A DNA stretch of 64,000 nucleotides, from positions 12,387 to 76,386 of the forward strand of contig CAIRZD010000279.1 of NCBI GenBank assembly GCA_903882965.1. The letters run 5' to 3'. This stretch comes from an uncultured Bacteroidota bacterium. Lineage in GTDB: Bacteria > Bacteroidota > Bacteroidia > Chitinophagales > Chitinophagaceae. The position numbers and the translations under genes were made by a program. The stretch's first letter is position 1. Each line of letters starts with the position of its first letter. The notes beneath the pieces are model-generated. The model searched no databases. It was not told where the DNA came from and was given only the letters and a program-made list of their open reading frames with translations. Of this stretch, positions 1-8,679 are shown one piece after another.

Positions 1-27
1 ACCTACCTTTGTTCTGAAATTGGAAAT

Positions 28-360
28 ATGTCAGTAGATAACACAGAATCACAGATGAGGAAGGGCCTGCTCGAGTTATGTATCCTTGGCATTATACAAC
101 GGCAGCAGGAAGCATATCCAAGTGATATTTTAGAACAATTGAAGGAGTCAAAACTGGTGGTGCTGGAAGGCACATTATATCCTTTGCTTACCCGGCTCAA
201 AAATGCCGGTATGCTCAGTTACCGCTGGGAAGAGTCGGTTTCCGGCCCACCGAGAAAATATTTTGCACTTACCGGTGATGGCGTAAAGTTTTACGAACAT
301 CTCCGCACCACCTGGGATGAATTAAGTAACGCAGTAAACAACCTAACAGTTTCATTATAA
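28..360 (+). CDS. PadR family transcriptional regulator
   Basis: MRKGLLELCIL...EGTLYPLLTRL...GPPRKY winged-helix PadR motifs; sits upstream of a PspC-domain gene, a common Bacteroidota pairing. Confidence 0.93.
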   Translation: MSVDNTESQMRKGLLELCILGIIQRQQEAYPSDILEQLKESKLVVLEGTLYPLLTRLKNAGMLSYRWEESVSGPPRKYFALTGDGVKFYEHLRTTWDELSNAVNNLTVSL

Positions 361-371
361 AAACACACATT

Positions 372-1053
372 ATGCAACGTATCATTCAAATAAACATTGC
401 CGGCAGCATCCTGCCAATTGAAGAGGATGCATACATCATTTTAAAGGAATACATCACTTCTTTGCAACGCCAGTTTTCCGGCGACGACAGTAAAAGAAAT
501 AATTGAGGATATCGAAAACCGGATAGCCGAGTTATTCAGTATCCGCCTCCAGGGAGGCTCTCCTGCTATAGACCGTGCCGATGTGCAAAAAGTAATAGAC
601 ACACTCGGTGCTGCCGCTGATCTGCACGATGGCCCCCGCCCCGGCAGCACACAAGGTAACCCCGGCACATCATATACTTACAGCAACGCGCAGCGAGGCA
701 CTTACCAGCAATACCCCCGTTCCCACGACCGGCTCCTCCGCGATCCTTATAATAAAGTATTCGGTGGTGTATGCAGTGGTATTGCCCATTACTTTGATAT
801 AGATCCGGTGATGATCCGTTTAATAATGGTGGTACTCTTCTTCACTTTCGGTATAGGCTTTATAACATATCTTATAGCCTGGGCGGTCATTCCCGCAGCG
901 CGCAGCCAGGAAGAATTATACAACATGAACAATGTGAACCCCGTTACATTTCACGACATCACAAAAAATGTGGAGAGCGAACTTCAGGATCTCAAATACC
1001 GTGGCGAAAAAATGAGCCGCGAATTAAAAGATTTCTTTAGTAAGAAAAAGTAA
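372..1053 (+). pseudogene. PspC-domain membrane protein split by a +1 frameshift (or a sequencing error)
   Basis: ATG at 372 reads MQRIIQINIAGSILPIEEDAYIILKEYI and stops at TGA 504-506. The +1 frame from 496 continues EIIEDIENRIAELFS... into ORF 583-1053, which has the PspC motif LLRDPYNKVFGGVCSGIAHYFDIDPVMIRL. The extra A lies in the run at 492-495. Confidence 0.85.
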
Positions 1054-1117
1054 AAGTTTTTTGCAGAACTTTGAAGCAAGATTTACTTTAAGATGCTGAC
1101 TTGGGTTTGGGAAACTA

Positions 1118-1143
1118 TCTGCCGAAAGGCAGATTTGTTTTTT
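1118..1143 (+). terminator. Intrinsic terminator of the padR-pspC unit
   Basis: ATCTGCC-GAAA-GGCAGAT hairpin followed by TTGTTTTTT. Confidence 0.7.
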
Positions 1144-1202
1144 GTAAATTATTGCTTTAGGTTACACACTTTTAGGTTTTGCCTTTTAACTTTTCACTTA
1201 GC

Positions 1203-1898
1203 ATGGCTCCATATAAACATCTTTTCTTCGACCTCGATCATACATTATGGGATTTTGACGAAAACTCAAAAGCCACCATGAGACAATTGTATGATGAATA
1301 CGAACTCAAAAAAAGAGGTATCGAAGATTTTGATGAAATGTATAAATGCTACAGCGTACATAACGATAAACTGTGGGAGCGCTACCGCAATAAATTTATT
1401 AAGCGGGAAGAGTTGCGCTGGAAACGGATGTGGCTCATGCTCCTCGATTTTAAGATACCCGATACTGCCCTCGCCCACGAGATCAGCACAGCTTATCTCG
1501 AGATACTACCCACGCAAACCCTGCTCATGCCGCACGCCAAAGAAGTGCTTGAGCACTGCAAAGGCCGCTACGAAATGCACCTTATCACCAATGGCTTTGA
1601 GACCACCCAACGGTTAAAACTCCAATACTCCGGTATAGCCCGTTACTTCACGCACCTCATTACATCAGAGAAAAGCAACAGCATGAAACCCCACCGCGAT
1701 ATTTTCGACTTCGCGCTAAATCTAACAAAGGCGGAAGTTGAGCACAGTATCATGATCGGTGATGCCTTAGATATAGACATTCTCGGCGCCATCAACGCCG
1801 GCTGGGATACCGTTTACTACAATCCCAAAAACCTTCCCCACAGCCGCCAGCCCACTTATGAGATCAAGCATCTGGAAGAATTGATGAAGATATTTTAG
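1203..1898 (+). CDS. HAD-family noncanonical pyrimidine nucleotidase (YjjG-like)
   Basis: FFDLDHTLWDF motif I, ITNG motif II, KP motif III, IGDALDIDILGA motif IV; ATG 1203 preferred over TTG/other upstream starts. Confidence 0.9.
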   Translation: MAPYKHLFFDLDHTLWDFDENSKATMRQLYDEYELKKRGIEDFDEMYKCYSVHNDKLWERYRNKFIKREELRWKRMWLMLLDFKIPDTALAHEISTAYLEILPTQTLLMPHAKEVLEHCKGRYEMHLITNGFETTQRLKLQYSGIARYFTHLITSEKSNSMKPHRDIFDFALNLTKAEVEHSIMIGDALDIDILGAINAGWDTVYYNPKNLPHSRQPTYEIKHLEELMKIF

Positions 1899-1919
1899 GG
1901 ATATTAATAGACTGCCGTT

Positions 1920-2222
1920 TTACTGTTTCCGATATTTACTCCTTGGATTTCTGCTGGTATGGTATATCGCAGAGATATAGACTTCTTGAGTAATGTCATT
2001 AATTGCATAAACGATTACGAAAGGAAAAGCAGTCGTTCTTGCTTGTCTGTATGAATTCTTGTTTTTAGAAAAAGCTAATGGGTTAAGTAGTACCTGTTTT
2101 ATCTTATTATCTATTGCTTTTTCAAACTGCATTCCCAAACCTTCCTTCCGGGTTTCATACCAGATACTAGCCGCTTTATATTCATCAAGTGCTTTAGGGT
2201 GGAATGACAGGGTGTAGATCAT
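1920..2222 (-). CDS. Type II toxin, RelE/ParE family
   Basis: 100 aa, FHPKALDEY...WYE...LGMQF...FPFVIVY...ISAIYHTSRNP pattern; overlaps the upstream small gene by 4 nt. Confidence 0.88.
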   Translation of the reverse strand: MIYTLSFHPKALDEYKAASIWYETRKEGLGMQFEKAIDNKIKQVLLNPLAFSKNKNSYRQARTTAFPFVIVYAINDITQEVYISAIYHTSRNPRSKYRKQ

Positions 2223-2479
2223 TTTCTTTTTATTTCCGATAATGACTTCCTCGTTATTTTTTTCACCTCATCCCATGAGTATCCTTTTACTTTGCCACTC
2301 TCAAGCTCCTTTGTTCTTTTGTCCAGTTCTTTTACAAAAGCCTTATCCTCCCAAATGTCACCATCGGTGCCTTCTTCAGCAAAAGCTTTAGCCACACTTA
2401 ATACCACCTTCTTTTGTTTGGTATTCAATTGCTCCACATAATTCGCAATTTTTTTGTCCAATAACCCTACACTATCCAT
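2219..2479 (-). CDS. Antitoxin, addiction-module component type
   Basis: 86 aa with C-terminal ELDKRTKELESGKVKGYSWDEVK; translationally coupled to the toxin; TAAATTTG promoter box at 2494-2501 (minus). Confidence 0.8.
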   Translation of the reverse strand: MDSVGLLDKKIANYVEQLNTKQKKVVLSVAKAFAEEGTDGDIWEDKAFVKELDKRTKELESGKVKGYSWDEVKKITRKSLSEIKRK

Positions 2480-2521
2480 AAATATACTTTCTACAAATTT
2501 AAGAAATTAAATTCATCAAAT

Positions 2522-2557
2522 AAAAACAGCCCATCCGTTCAGATGGGCTGCAAAAAA
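2522..2557. terminator. Terminator downstream of pnp
   Basis: CAGCCCATC-CGTTCA-GATGGGCTG stem (2527-2550) with A-runs on both sides; T-tract on the minus strand. Confidence 0.8.
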
Positions 2558-2567
2558 TATTACGTAA

Positions 2568-2596
2568 CACCTCCCGCTGAGGGTCGGGGAGAGGTC
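2568..2596 (-). repeat. REP-like element, copy 1 (GACCTCTCCCC family)
   Basis: Minus strand GACCTCTCCCCGACCCTCAGCGGGAGGTG, directly after the pnp stop; related copies at 7611, 34852, 35754 and 63728. Confidence 0.75.
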
Positions 2597-2597
2597 C

Positions 2598-4937
2598 CTA
2601 CAATGCCATATCAGCATCATCACTCGCGCTCACCTGCGGTGCTTGTTGTTCAGTAGCTTCTGTTTTATTATCGGTGTGCTCACGGCGTGGGCGGTCTTCA
2701 CGTGGTACGCGGTCGTTACCACCACGGTTACGGTCATTGCCTCTGCGGTCATTACCACCACTGCGGCGATCACCACGGTCGCCACCTTCGCTGCGCTCAC
2801 GTTTTTCAGGTTCTACATAACCCTCAGGTTTCGGCATCAATACCTTGCGGCTCAGGCGCAGCTTACCCGTCTTAGGGTCTGTACCTACCAGTTGTATCTT
2901 CACCTTATCACCTTCTTTCAGCACACCGTCCAGTGTGTCCAGGCGTTTCCAGCTCACTTCAGATATATGCAGCAAACCCTGCTTACCCGGCATAAACTCC
3001 ACAAACGCACCGAAAGGCATAATGCTCTTCACAGTACCTTCATAGGTTGCGCCTATTTCAGGTATTGCTACGATACCGCGTATCCATGTTAGTGCCTTAT
3101 CAATACTTTCTTTATTAGCAGAGAATATCTTTATCACGCCCTGGTCGCCTACTTCTTCTATATTTATTTTAGCGCCGGTCTCTCTCTGTATCTCCTGTAT
3201 TATTTTACCCCCCGGCCCTATTACAGCGCCTATGAATTCACGGTCTATGTTCAGTTGTTCTATCCGTGGTGCATGAGGTTTCAGTTCTGCACGTGCCGCA
3301 GGTATGCAGGCATACATAGCATCAAGTATATGCAGTCTGCCACGCTTAGCCTGCTCCAGTGCCTGCATCATAATGTCCATACTCAGGCCATCACACTTTA
3401 TGTCCATCTGTATACCGCAGATACCATCACGTGTACCGGTTACTTTAAAGTCCATATCACCCAGGTGGTCTTCATCACCCAGTATGTCTGTAAGCACTGC
3501 AAATTTACCACCCTCAGATATCAGTCCCATTGCCACACCACTCACGTGTTTTGGAAAAGGCACACCTGCATCCATCAGCGCCAGTGAGCCTGCGCATACC
3601 GTAGCCATTGATGATGATCCGTTGCTCTCCAGTATATCAGATACCACACGTACTGTGTAAGGATATTCAGCAGGCATCATTTGTTTCAGTGAGCGCATAG
3701 CCAGGTTACCATGGCCTACCTCGCGACGGCTTTGTCCGCGCATCATTTTCACCTCGCCGGTAGAGAATGGCGGGAAGTTATAATGCAAAAAGAATTTTAC
3801 ATAATCTGATGTTGCAGCGGTTTCTGCCAGCAGTTCATCTTCCGATGTACCAAAGGTTACAGAGGTCAGCGATTGTGTTTCACCACGTGTAAACAATGAA
3901 GATCCGTGTGGCGAAGGCAGCTGGTTTACTTCCATTGTCAGTGGGCGCACTACTTCAAGCGTACGGCCATCAAGGCGCACTTTTTCGTTCAGCATCATTT
4001 CACGTATCACTTTCTTTTCCAGGTCATGGAAATAAGTGCCTATCAATGCTGCATCTTCAGCGGGGAGCGGATTAGCTTCCCCATACTGTGCTTTAAAATC
4101 TTCTTTTACTTTCTTATATGCATCACCACGCTCATGTTTGCCCAGTGCTGCTTTCGAAATATCGTATATCCGCTTCGTTCCGAAAGCTGCTATCGTAGCC
4201 TCAAACTCAGGGTTAGTATATGGTTTTGTATAATCACGTTTAGTGGTTACACCCGCTTTTTCACGCAGTTCGTGTTGTAGTTTTATGTGCGCGCGTATGG
4301 CTTCGTGGCCTACTTCTATTGCTTTTACAAGGCCTGCTTCTTCACACTCCTTGCCTTCGCCTTCCACCATCATTATATTCTTGTCGGTAGCGGCTACTAT
4401 TATATTTATATCCGCGTCTTTTATTTGTGAGCGGCCTGGGTTCACAATGTATTCACCGTTTATGCGGCATACACGAACTTCAGATATTACTTCCTGTATC
4501 GGAATATCACTCACCGCCAGTGCAGCACTTGCTGCCAGGCAAGCCAGCGCATCAGGCATTACTTCCGCGTCTGATGATATCAGGGATACCAGCACCTGCA
4601 CTTCACACAGATAATCATCCGGGAATAGTGGGCGCAGCGCGCGGTCTATCAGGCGCGATGTAAGTATTTCATAATCATTAAGCCTTGCCTCACGCTTAAA
4701 GAAAGAACCGGGTATACGACCTGCAGAAGCAAATTTTTCCTGGTAATCCACACTTAGTGGGAAGAAAGATTGCCCGGGTTTGGGCTCCTTCGATGCTACA
4801 ACCGTAGCAAGTATCATGCAATCGCCAAGGCGCACTACTACCGAGCCGTCAGCCTGGCGGGCCATCTTGCCCGTCTCAATCGATATTTCGCGGCCATCAG
4901 CTAATTTCAGCGATGCGGAAATGGGATTTGGTGTCAT
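2598..4937 (-). CDS. pnp: Polyribonucleotide nucleotidyltransferase (PNPase)
   Basis: ETGKMARQADGSVVVR, RGETQ, FLHYNFPPFSTGE, ESNGSSSMA, DFKVTGT, KH (IGPGGK) and S1 domains; downstream of rpsO. Confidence 0.99.
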   Translation of the reverse strand: MTPNPISASLKLADGREISIETGKMARQADGSVVVRLGDCMILATVVASKEPKPGQSFFPLSVDYQEKFASAGRIPGSFFKREARLNDYEILTSRLIDRALRPLFPDDYLCEVQVLVSLISSDAEVMPDALACLAASAALAVSDIPIQEVISEVRVCRINGEYIVNPGRSQIKDADINIIVAATDKNIMMVEGEGKECEEAGLVKAIEVGHEAIRAHIKLQHELREKAGVTTKRDYTKPYTNPEFEATIAAFGTKRIYDISKAALGKHERGDAYKKVKEDFKAQYGEANPLPAEDAALIGTYFHDLEKKVIREMMLNEKVRLDGRTLEVVRPLTMEVNQLPSPHGSSLFTRGETQSLTSVTFGTSEDELLAETAATSDYVKFFLHYNFPPFSTGEVKMMRGQSRREVGHGNLAMRSLKQMMPAEYPYTVRVVSDILESNGSSSMATVCAGSLALMDAGVPFPKHVSGVAMGLISEGGKFAVLTDILGDEDHLGDMDFKVTGTRDGICGIQMDIKCDGLSMDIMMQALEQAKRGRLHILDAMYACIPAARAELKPHAPRIEQLNIDREFIGAVIGPGGKIIQEIQRETGAKINIEEVGDQGVIKIFSANKESIDKALTWIRGIVAIPEIGATYEGTVKSIMPFGAFVEFMPGKQGLLHISEVSWKRLDTLDGVLKEGDKVKIQLVGTDPKTGKLRLSRKVLMPKPEGYVEPEKRERSEGGDRGDRRSGGNDRRGNDRNRGGNDRVPREDRPRREHTDNKTEATEQQAPQVSASDDADMAL

Positions 4938-5087
4938 AAAATAATGTATTAAAAGTTAATTCAAAAGGTAAAGCAGGATAACTCGAAACTCAATGCTGCG
5001 CACGATTTTTTGTTTATCATTTTTACCCGTTTGTAAAGTACACTCAGTGCCATTCGCACTTTTAAGAGCGCACATTACTAAAAAACA

Positions 5088-5112
5088 ATTCCCAACTTGA
5101 GCAGTTGGGAAT
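5088..5112 (-). terminator. Terminator/attenuator hairpin between rpsO and pnp
   Basis: TTCCCAACT-TGAGC-AGTTGGGAA stem followed on the minus strand by TTGTTTTTT. Confidence 0.75.
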
Positions 5113-5129
5113 GGTAAAGTAGTTTTGGC

Positions 5130-5402
5130 TTATTTGCGTAACCCAAGCTTTTCTATCAGCCCGCGATATGATTGCAGGTTATTGTTGCTAAGGTATGTAA
5201 GCAAACGCTTACGACGGCCTACCATCGACATTAATCCGCGGTTTGTTGAGAAGTCTTTTTTATTCTCCTTCAGGTGACCAGAGATATGATTGATCCGCTC
5301 TGTGAGCATTGCGATCTGTGCTTCAATAGACCCTGTGTTTTTTTCTTCTCCACCGAAGGTCTTGAAAATGTTTGCCTTCTTTTCAGCTGTAAAATGAGAC
5401 AT
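5130..5402 (-). CDS. rpsO: 30S ribosomal protein S15
   Basis: TGSIEAQIAMLTERINHISGHLKENKKD...GLMSMVGRRKRLLTYL; start at ATG 5402 or 5408. Confidence 0.99.
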   Translation of the reverse strand: MSHFTAEKKANIFKTFGGEEKNTGSIEAQIAMLTERINHISGHLKENKKDFSTNRGLMSMVGRRKRLLTYLSNNNLQSYRGLIEKLGLRK

Positions 5403-5408
5403 TTGCAT

Positions 5409-5474
5409 CAATTTTTTTGTTATCCCGCCCCATGCGGGATATGGTTATATATCTTTTTTCGAGCGGCGAAGATA
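5409..5474 (-). promoter_or_regulatory. rpsO promoter and candidate S15 leader hairpin
   Basis: TATCTTCG -7-like box at 5467-5474; perfect 8-bp stem TATCCCGC/GCGGGATA at 5421-5441 in the leader. Confidence 0.55.
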
Positions 5475-5858
5475 AACAAATAATACGAAAAAATGGAATA
5501 AAATTGATTTTTGTTGTTAAGTTTCGATCTTATATATTAATATTTTACACATAATTGCATTGCTGCTTTATCTGTTTGTTGCCACATTCTTGTTCGTTTA
5601 ACACATTACTAAGCCATGTAAAATATTGTAAATTATAATTATGCGACTTGTCTGCACCAATATTTAAAGTAAAGAATAACTCTGTAAAATCATCAAATGA
5701 ATTACCCACTCTAGTCCAAGGCCTCGCTTGCATATAATCACGCAGCCGCCTGGTTCAAGTCCAACGTAGTCAGGTCGTTTTATATGACATTTGTCAAATA
5801 AAGTAATGAAACAATAGAATAGATTTGTGATGATTAATTATAATGCTAAAACTTGTTT

Positions 5859-6284
5859 ATGAAAAACAAAGCAATATTACTGGTTGCATGCATGCTGTTT
5901 ATTGGTTTACAATTTTCTTATGGTGGTTTTGTGATCAAACAGTCTGCACATAAGTCCGTTGCCAATAAAGTAATAACGGCAGCCAATCACAGCACTGCAA
6001 AAGGATCATCCTTCGCATATTGGTTTCAAAAAAAATCCGGCCTGTTTAAAACAATATTTCGTGGTCATCCCGAAAAAGGAGCACTCGGTAATTGGGCACT
6101 TATTTTAGGGATATTGAGTTTCATCCCGCTTGTCGGATTCATATTTGGTATTCCTGCCATTATTTTGGGCGTAAAAGGAATCAGGAAAAATCAAAAACAT
6201 GCTCGTTTAGGTATGATCTTCGGCATTTGTACAATATCTGTGGGCCTTATTCTGATTATTCTAACCATCGTTCTGTTCCCTTAA
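5859..6284 (+). CDS. Secreted/membrane protein with a DUF4190-like C-terminal region
   Basis: Signal peptide, then GNWALILGILSF...GIPAIILGVKGIRK...ARLGMIFG two-helix pattern. Confidence 0.7.
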   Translation: MKNKAILLVACMLFIGLQFSYGGFVIKQSAHKSVANKVITAANHSTAKGSSFAYWFQKKSGLFKTIFRGHPEKGALGNWALILGILSFIPLVGFIFGIPAIILGVKGIRKNQKHARLGMIFGICTISVGLILIILTIVLFP

Positions 6285-6409
6285 TAATTTTCCCATTGGT
6301 ACGAGTTTACAATATTGCACTGTGTATACGCGACTTCCAAGCAAATTAGCCGGTTTGCAACTGGAAACTCCCACCCCAAAAAAAATAAAAATCAACCACA
6401 AAAATAATA

Positions 6410-6531
6410 GTTCAGACAATTCCATCCCACCTGGATCTTTCTTCCAGCGCACAACAAATTAATTATCAATGCTTATCACTGAAACAATAAAATCCTTCAT
6501 TCCTTTAATCAGGTGAATCGAGGTTCAGACA
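6410..6531 (+). repeat. Two short GTTCAGACA direct repeats in an intergenic gap
   Basis: GTTCAGACA at 6410-6418 and 6523-6531, each preceded by AATC-containing sequence. Confidence 0.35.
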
Positions 6532-6795
6532 GCTCACGAATATTCGGGATAAGGTGCATTCTAAAACCTAAATAACTTTGTCAAAACTTTTATCTCATGA
6601 AACAACAACAATTTAAGCATCACCAATCTCAATCAGTGCCAGGATAGAGGAAGAAGTATAGTGCAGCAGCAAAATCACCCCTAAGTTGTTACTTAATTAT
6701 TGGCATAATTTTTTATAGGTACTTTTTAAGTAGCTATGATTGCGGCTTCATTTATGTTATTAATTGATTTGTGAAAATGACCAAAATATATTCCC

Positions 6796-7185
6796 ATGGA
6801 AAAGAAAATTTATTTTTTAATCGCATTTATTGCATTGAGTATTAATGCAATTGCTCAAAAGCACTTAGTAGAAAATGCTATTAAGGAAGCAGTCCTCGTT
6901 CCTGCCACAGGCGATTATGCATGCAGGCTAAACACTAAGCCATGTGCTGTGACCAATAAAGACAAATCCCGCACCATCACCGTAAAGGTCGAAGAATCAT
7001 TTCTTGTCAATAGTGCACTATACAAGAAAATAATTGTGCTTGATAAAATTGCGCCCGGCGAAAAAAGATATGTCGGCTGCGCAGGCGCCCCCAAAGACGT
7101 CCGGAATCAGGAATCCACAGGCTACAAGATTCTGATAGCATATTATGATCAGCCCGATGGTACAGGAGTTACCGGATCGAAGTAA
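6796..7185 (+). CDS. Hypothetical secreted protein
   Basis: 129 aa with a Sec-type signal (…ALSINAIAQ); no family recognised. Confidence 0.7.
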   Translation: MEKKIYFLIAFIALSINAIAQKHLVENAIKEAVLVPATGDYACRLNTKPCAVTNKDKSRTITVKVEESFLVNSALYKKIIVLDKIAPGEKRYVGCAGAPKDVRNQESTGYKILIAYYDQPDGTGVTGSK

Positions 7186-7214
7186 TTTATCGCAGCTATA
7201 TTATCGCACCGCCG

Positions 7215-7580
7215 CTATTTACGCAGCGTCTTAACATATAGCTCGATCTGTGCCAGGTCTGGGTCAGGAAACAAAGAACCAAACATGGGCATAGCACCCT
7301 TACCATTCTTTATTATATTAATAATACTAATGCTGTCAATAACAGTTACAGACAGGTCCGCAGCATTATTATTCTTATAGTTGCCATCCACGCCATGACA
7401 TGCAATACATTTTGCCTCGAATAATTCCTTACCCCTTGATGTGTTTTGTGGATTGGTCATCTTGTAAGTAGTATCACTATATATTTTAGCCGGATTGCTG
7501 GGGCTGTTAGCATTATTACATGCCATGCAATAAAGCAGCATAAATACACACACACAAATATTATTTCTTCTTTCTCTCAT
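7215..7580 (-). CDS. c-type cytochrome, probable lipoprotein
   Basis: Heme motif CIACHG, GKELF...; distal Met in KNGKGAMPMF; lipobox-like CMAC. Confidence 0.88.
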   Translation of the reverse strand: MRERRNNICVCVFMLLYCMACNNANSPSNPAKIYSDTTYKMTNPQNTSRGKELFEAKCIACHGVDGNYKNNNAADLSVTVIDSISIINIIKNGKGAMPMFGSLFPDPDLAQIELYVKTLRK

Positions 7581-7610
7581 TACCTAAAAATTATTTCATA
7601 TACTCCACGG

Positions 7611-7667
7611 CGCTCATTCCACCTCACCCGCTCCAGCCTGCCCTGAGCCTGCCGAAGGGGAGAGGTC
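7611..7667 (-). repeat. REP-like element, copy 2, with an internal insertion
   Basis: Minus strand GACCTCTCCCC-TTCGGCAGGCTCAGGGCAGGCT-GGAGCGGGTGAGGTGGAATGAGCG, directly after the oxidoreductase stop. Confidence 0.7.
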
Positions 7668-7668
7668 T

Positions 7669-8592
7669 CTAGACATTAATAATGATCTTCCCCCGCACAT
7701 GCCCTTCCTCACTCAGCTTATGTGCCGCCTTAATATCTTTAAGCGCAAACTCTTTTTCTATGATCACCTTTAATCTGTTATCATCTACCAGGCCACTTAT
7801 TTCCTGCAGCCGCGCCCCGTTCGAATTCACCATAAAGCTTTTCGCATGTACACTATGTTGTTCGGCCGCTTTCTGGTCCGCACCTACGGTTGATACCAGC
7901 AAGCCGCCCTTTTTAATTACACCCCACGATTTTTTCTGCGTCTCCCCACCTATTGTATCAAACACAAGCGTTACATTTTTCACCAGTGTGCTGAAATCAT
8001 TCTTTGTATAATCGATCACTTTATCTGCGCCCAGTGCCTTTACAAAATCAACATTCTTTGTAGATGTAACTGCGATCACATGCGCCTTGGCAATCCTGGC
8101 AAGCTGCACCGCAAAAACGCCCACGCCACCCGATGCCCCATGTATCAGCACCGTTTGCCCGGAGTGCAGGTTACCCTGTTCAAATAAACCTGCCCATGCC
8201 GTTTGTGCAGCTAATGGCACAGCCGCTGCAAAATTCAATGGTATACTGTCCGGTGCAAACGCCACCTCCGCCGCACGTACCACCATATATTCCGCATACG
8301 ATCCATTGCGCGATGTGTCGGCACGTGCATACACCTTGTCACCTGCTGCAAAACGTGTCACAACAGCCCCAACCGATTCTATCACACCCGAAACATCCCA
8401 TCCCAGTATAAAAGGAAAATGGATTTTCAACCCCTCCTTCATATGCCCCTCCCTTATTTTCCAGTCCACAGGGTTTACACTGGCAGCTGTTATTTTTATC
8501 AACACTTCGTCCGCACCTGCTACTGGCATTGGTGCATCTTCATAAATGAGCGTTTCTAAACCGCCGTATTTATGGATCCTTACTGCTTTCAT
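7669..8592 (-). CDS. NADP-dependent oxidoreductase (MDR/quinone oxidoreductase family)
   Basis: AASVNPVDWKIREG, ILGWDVSGV, VLIHGASGGVGVFAVQLA, GHVRGKIII. Confidence 0.93.
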   Translation of the reverse strand: MKAVRIHKYGGLETLIYEDAPMPVAGADEVLIKITAASVNPVDWKIREGHMKEGLKIHFPFILGWDVSGVIESVGAVVTRFAAGDKVYARADTSRNGSYAEYMVVRAAEVAFAPDSIPLNFAAAVPLAAQTAWAGLFEQGNLHSGQTVLIHGASGGVGVFAVQLARIAKAHVIAVTSTKNVDFVKALGADKVIDYTKNDFSTLVKNVTLVFDTIGGETQKKSWGVIKKGGLLVSTVGADQKAAEQHSVHAKSFMVNSNGARLQEISGLVDDNRLKVIIEKEFALKDIKAAHKLSEEGHVRGKIIINV

Positions 8593-8679
8593 TGCACATA
8601 AATTTAATTCCGAAAAAACGATTTATCATTCTTGCACTTTGCAAACTCTTACCAGCATCATTAAAAAACATTACCCCCT

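Noticed and set aside
5545-5733. 62-aa minus-strand ORF upstream of rpsO
   Set aside because: No motif or convincing start context; it may be decayed coding sequence but cannot be supported.
5703-5775. tRNA-like sequence (TAGTCCAAGG ... GGTTCAAGTCC)
   Set aside because: The T-stem pairs only 3 of 5, the acceptor arms do not pair, and there is no anticodon stem or CCA. It is not a functional tRNA and is kept only as a possible att scar.
6597-6647. 16-codon ORF after a TAACTTTG box, with possible amber read-through
   Set aside because: The read-through product has no recognisable features and there is no Pyl/Sec context; the ORF is too short to support.
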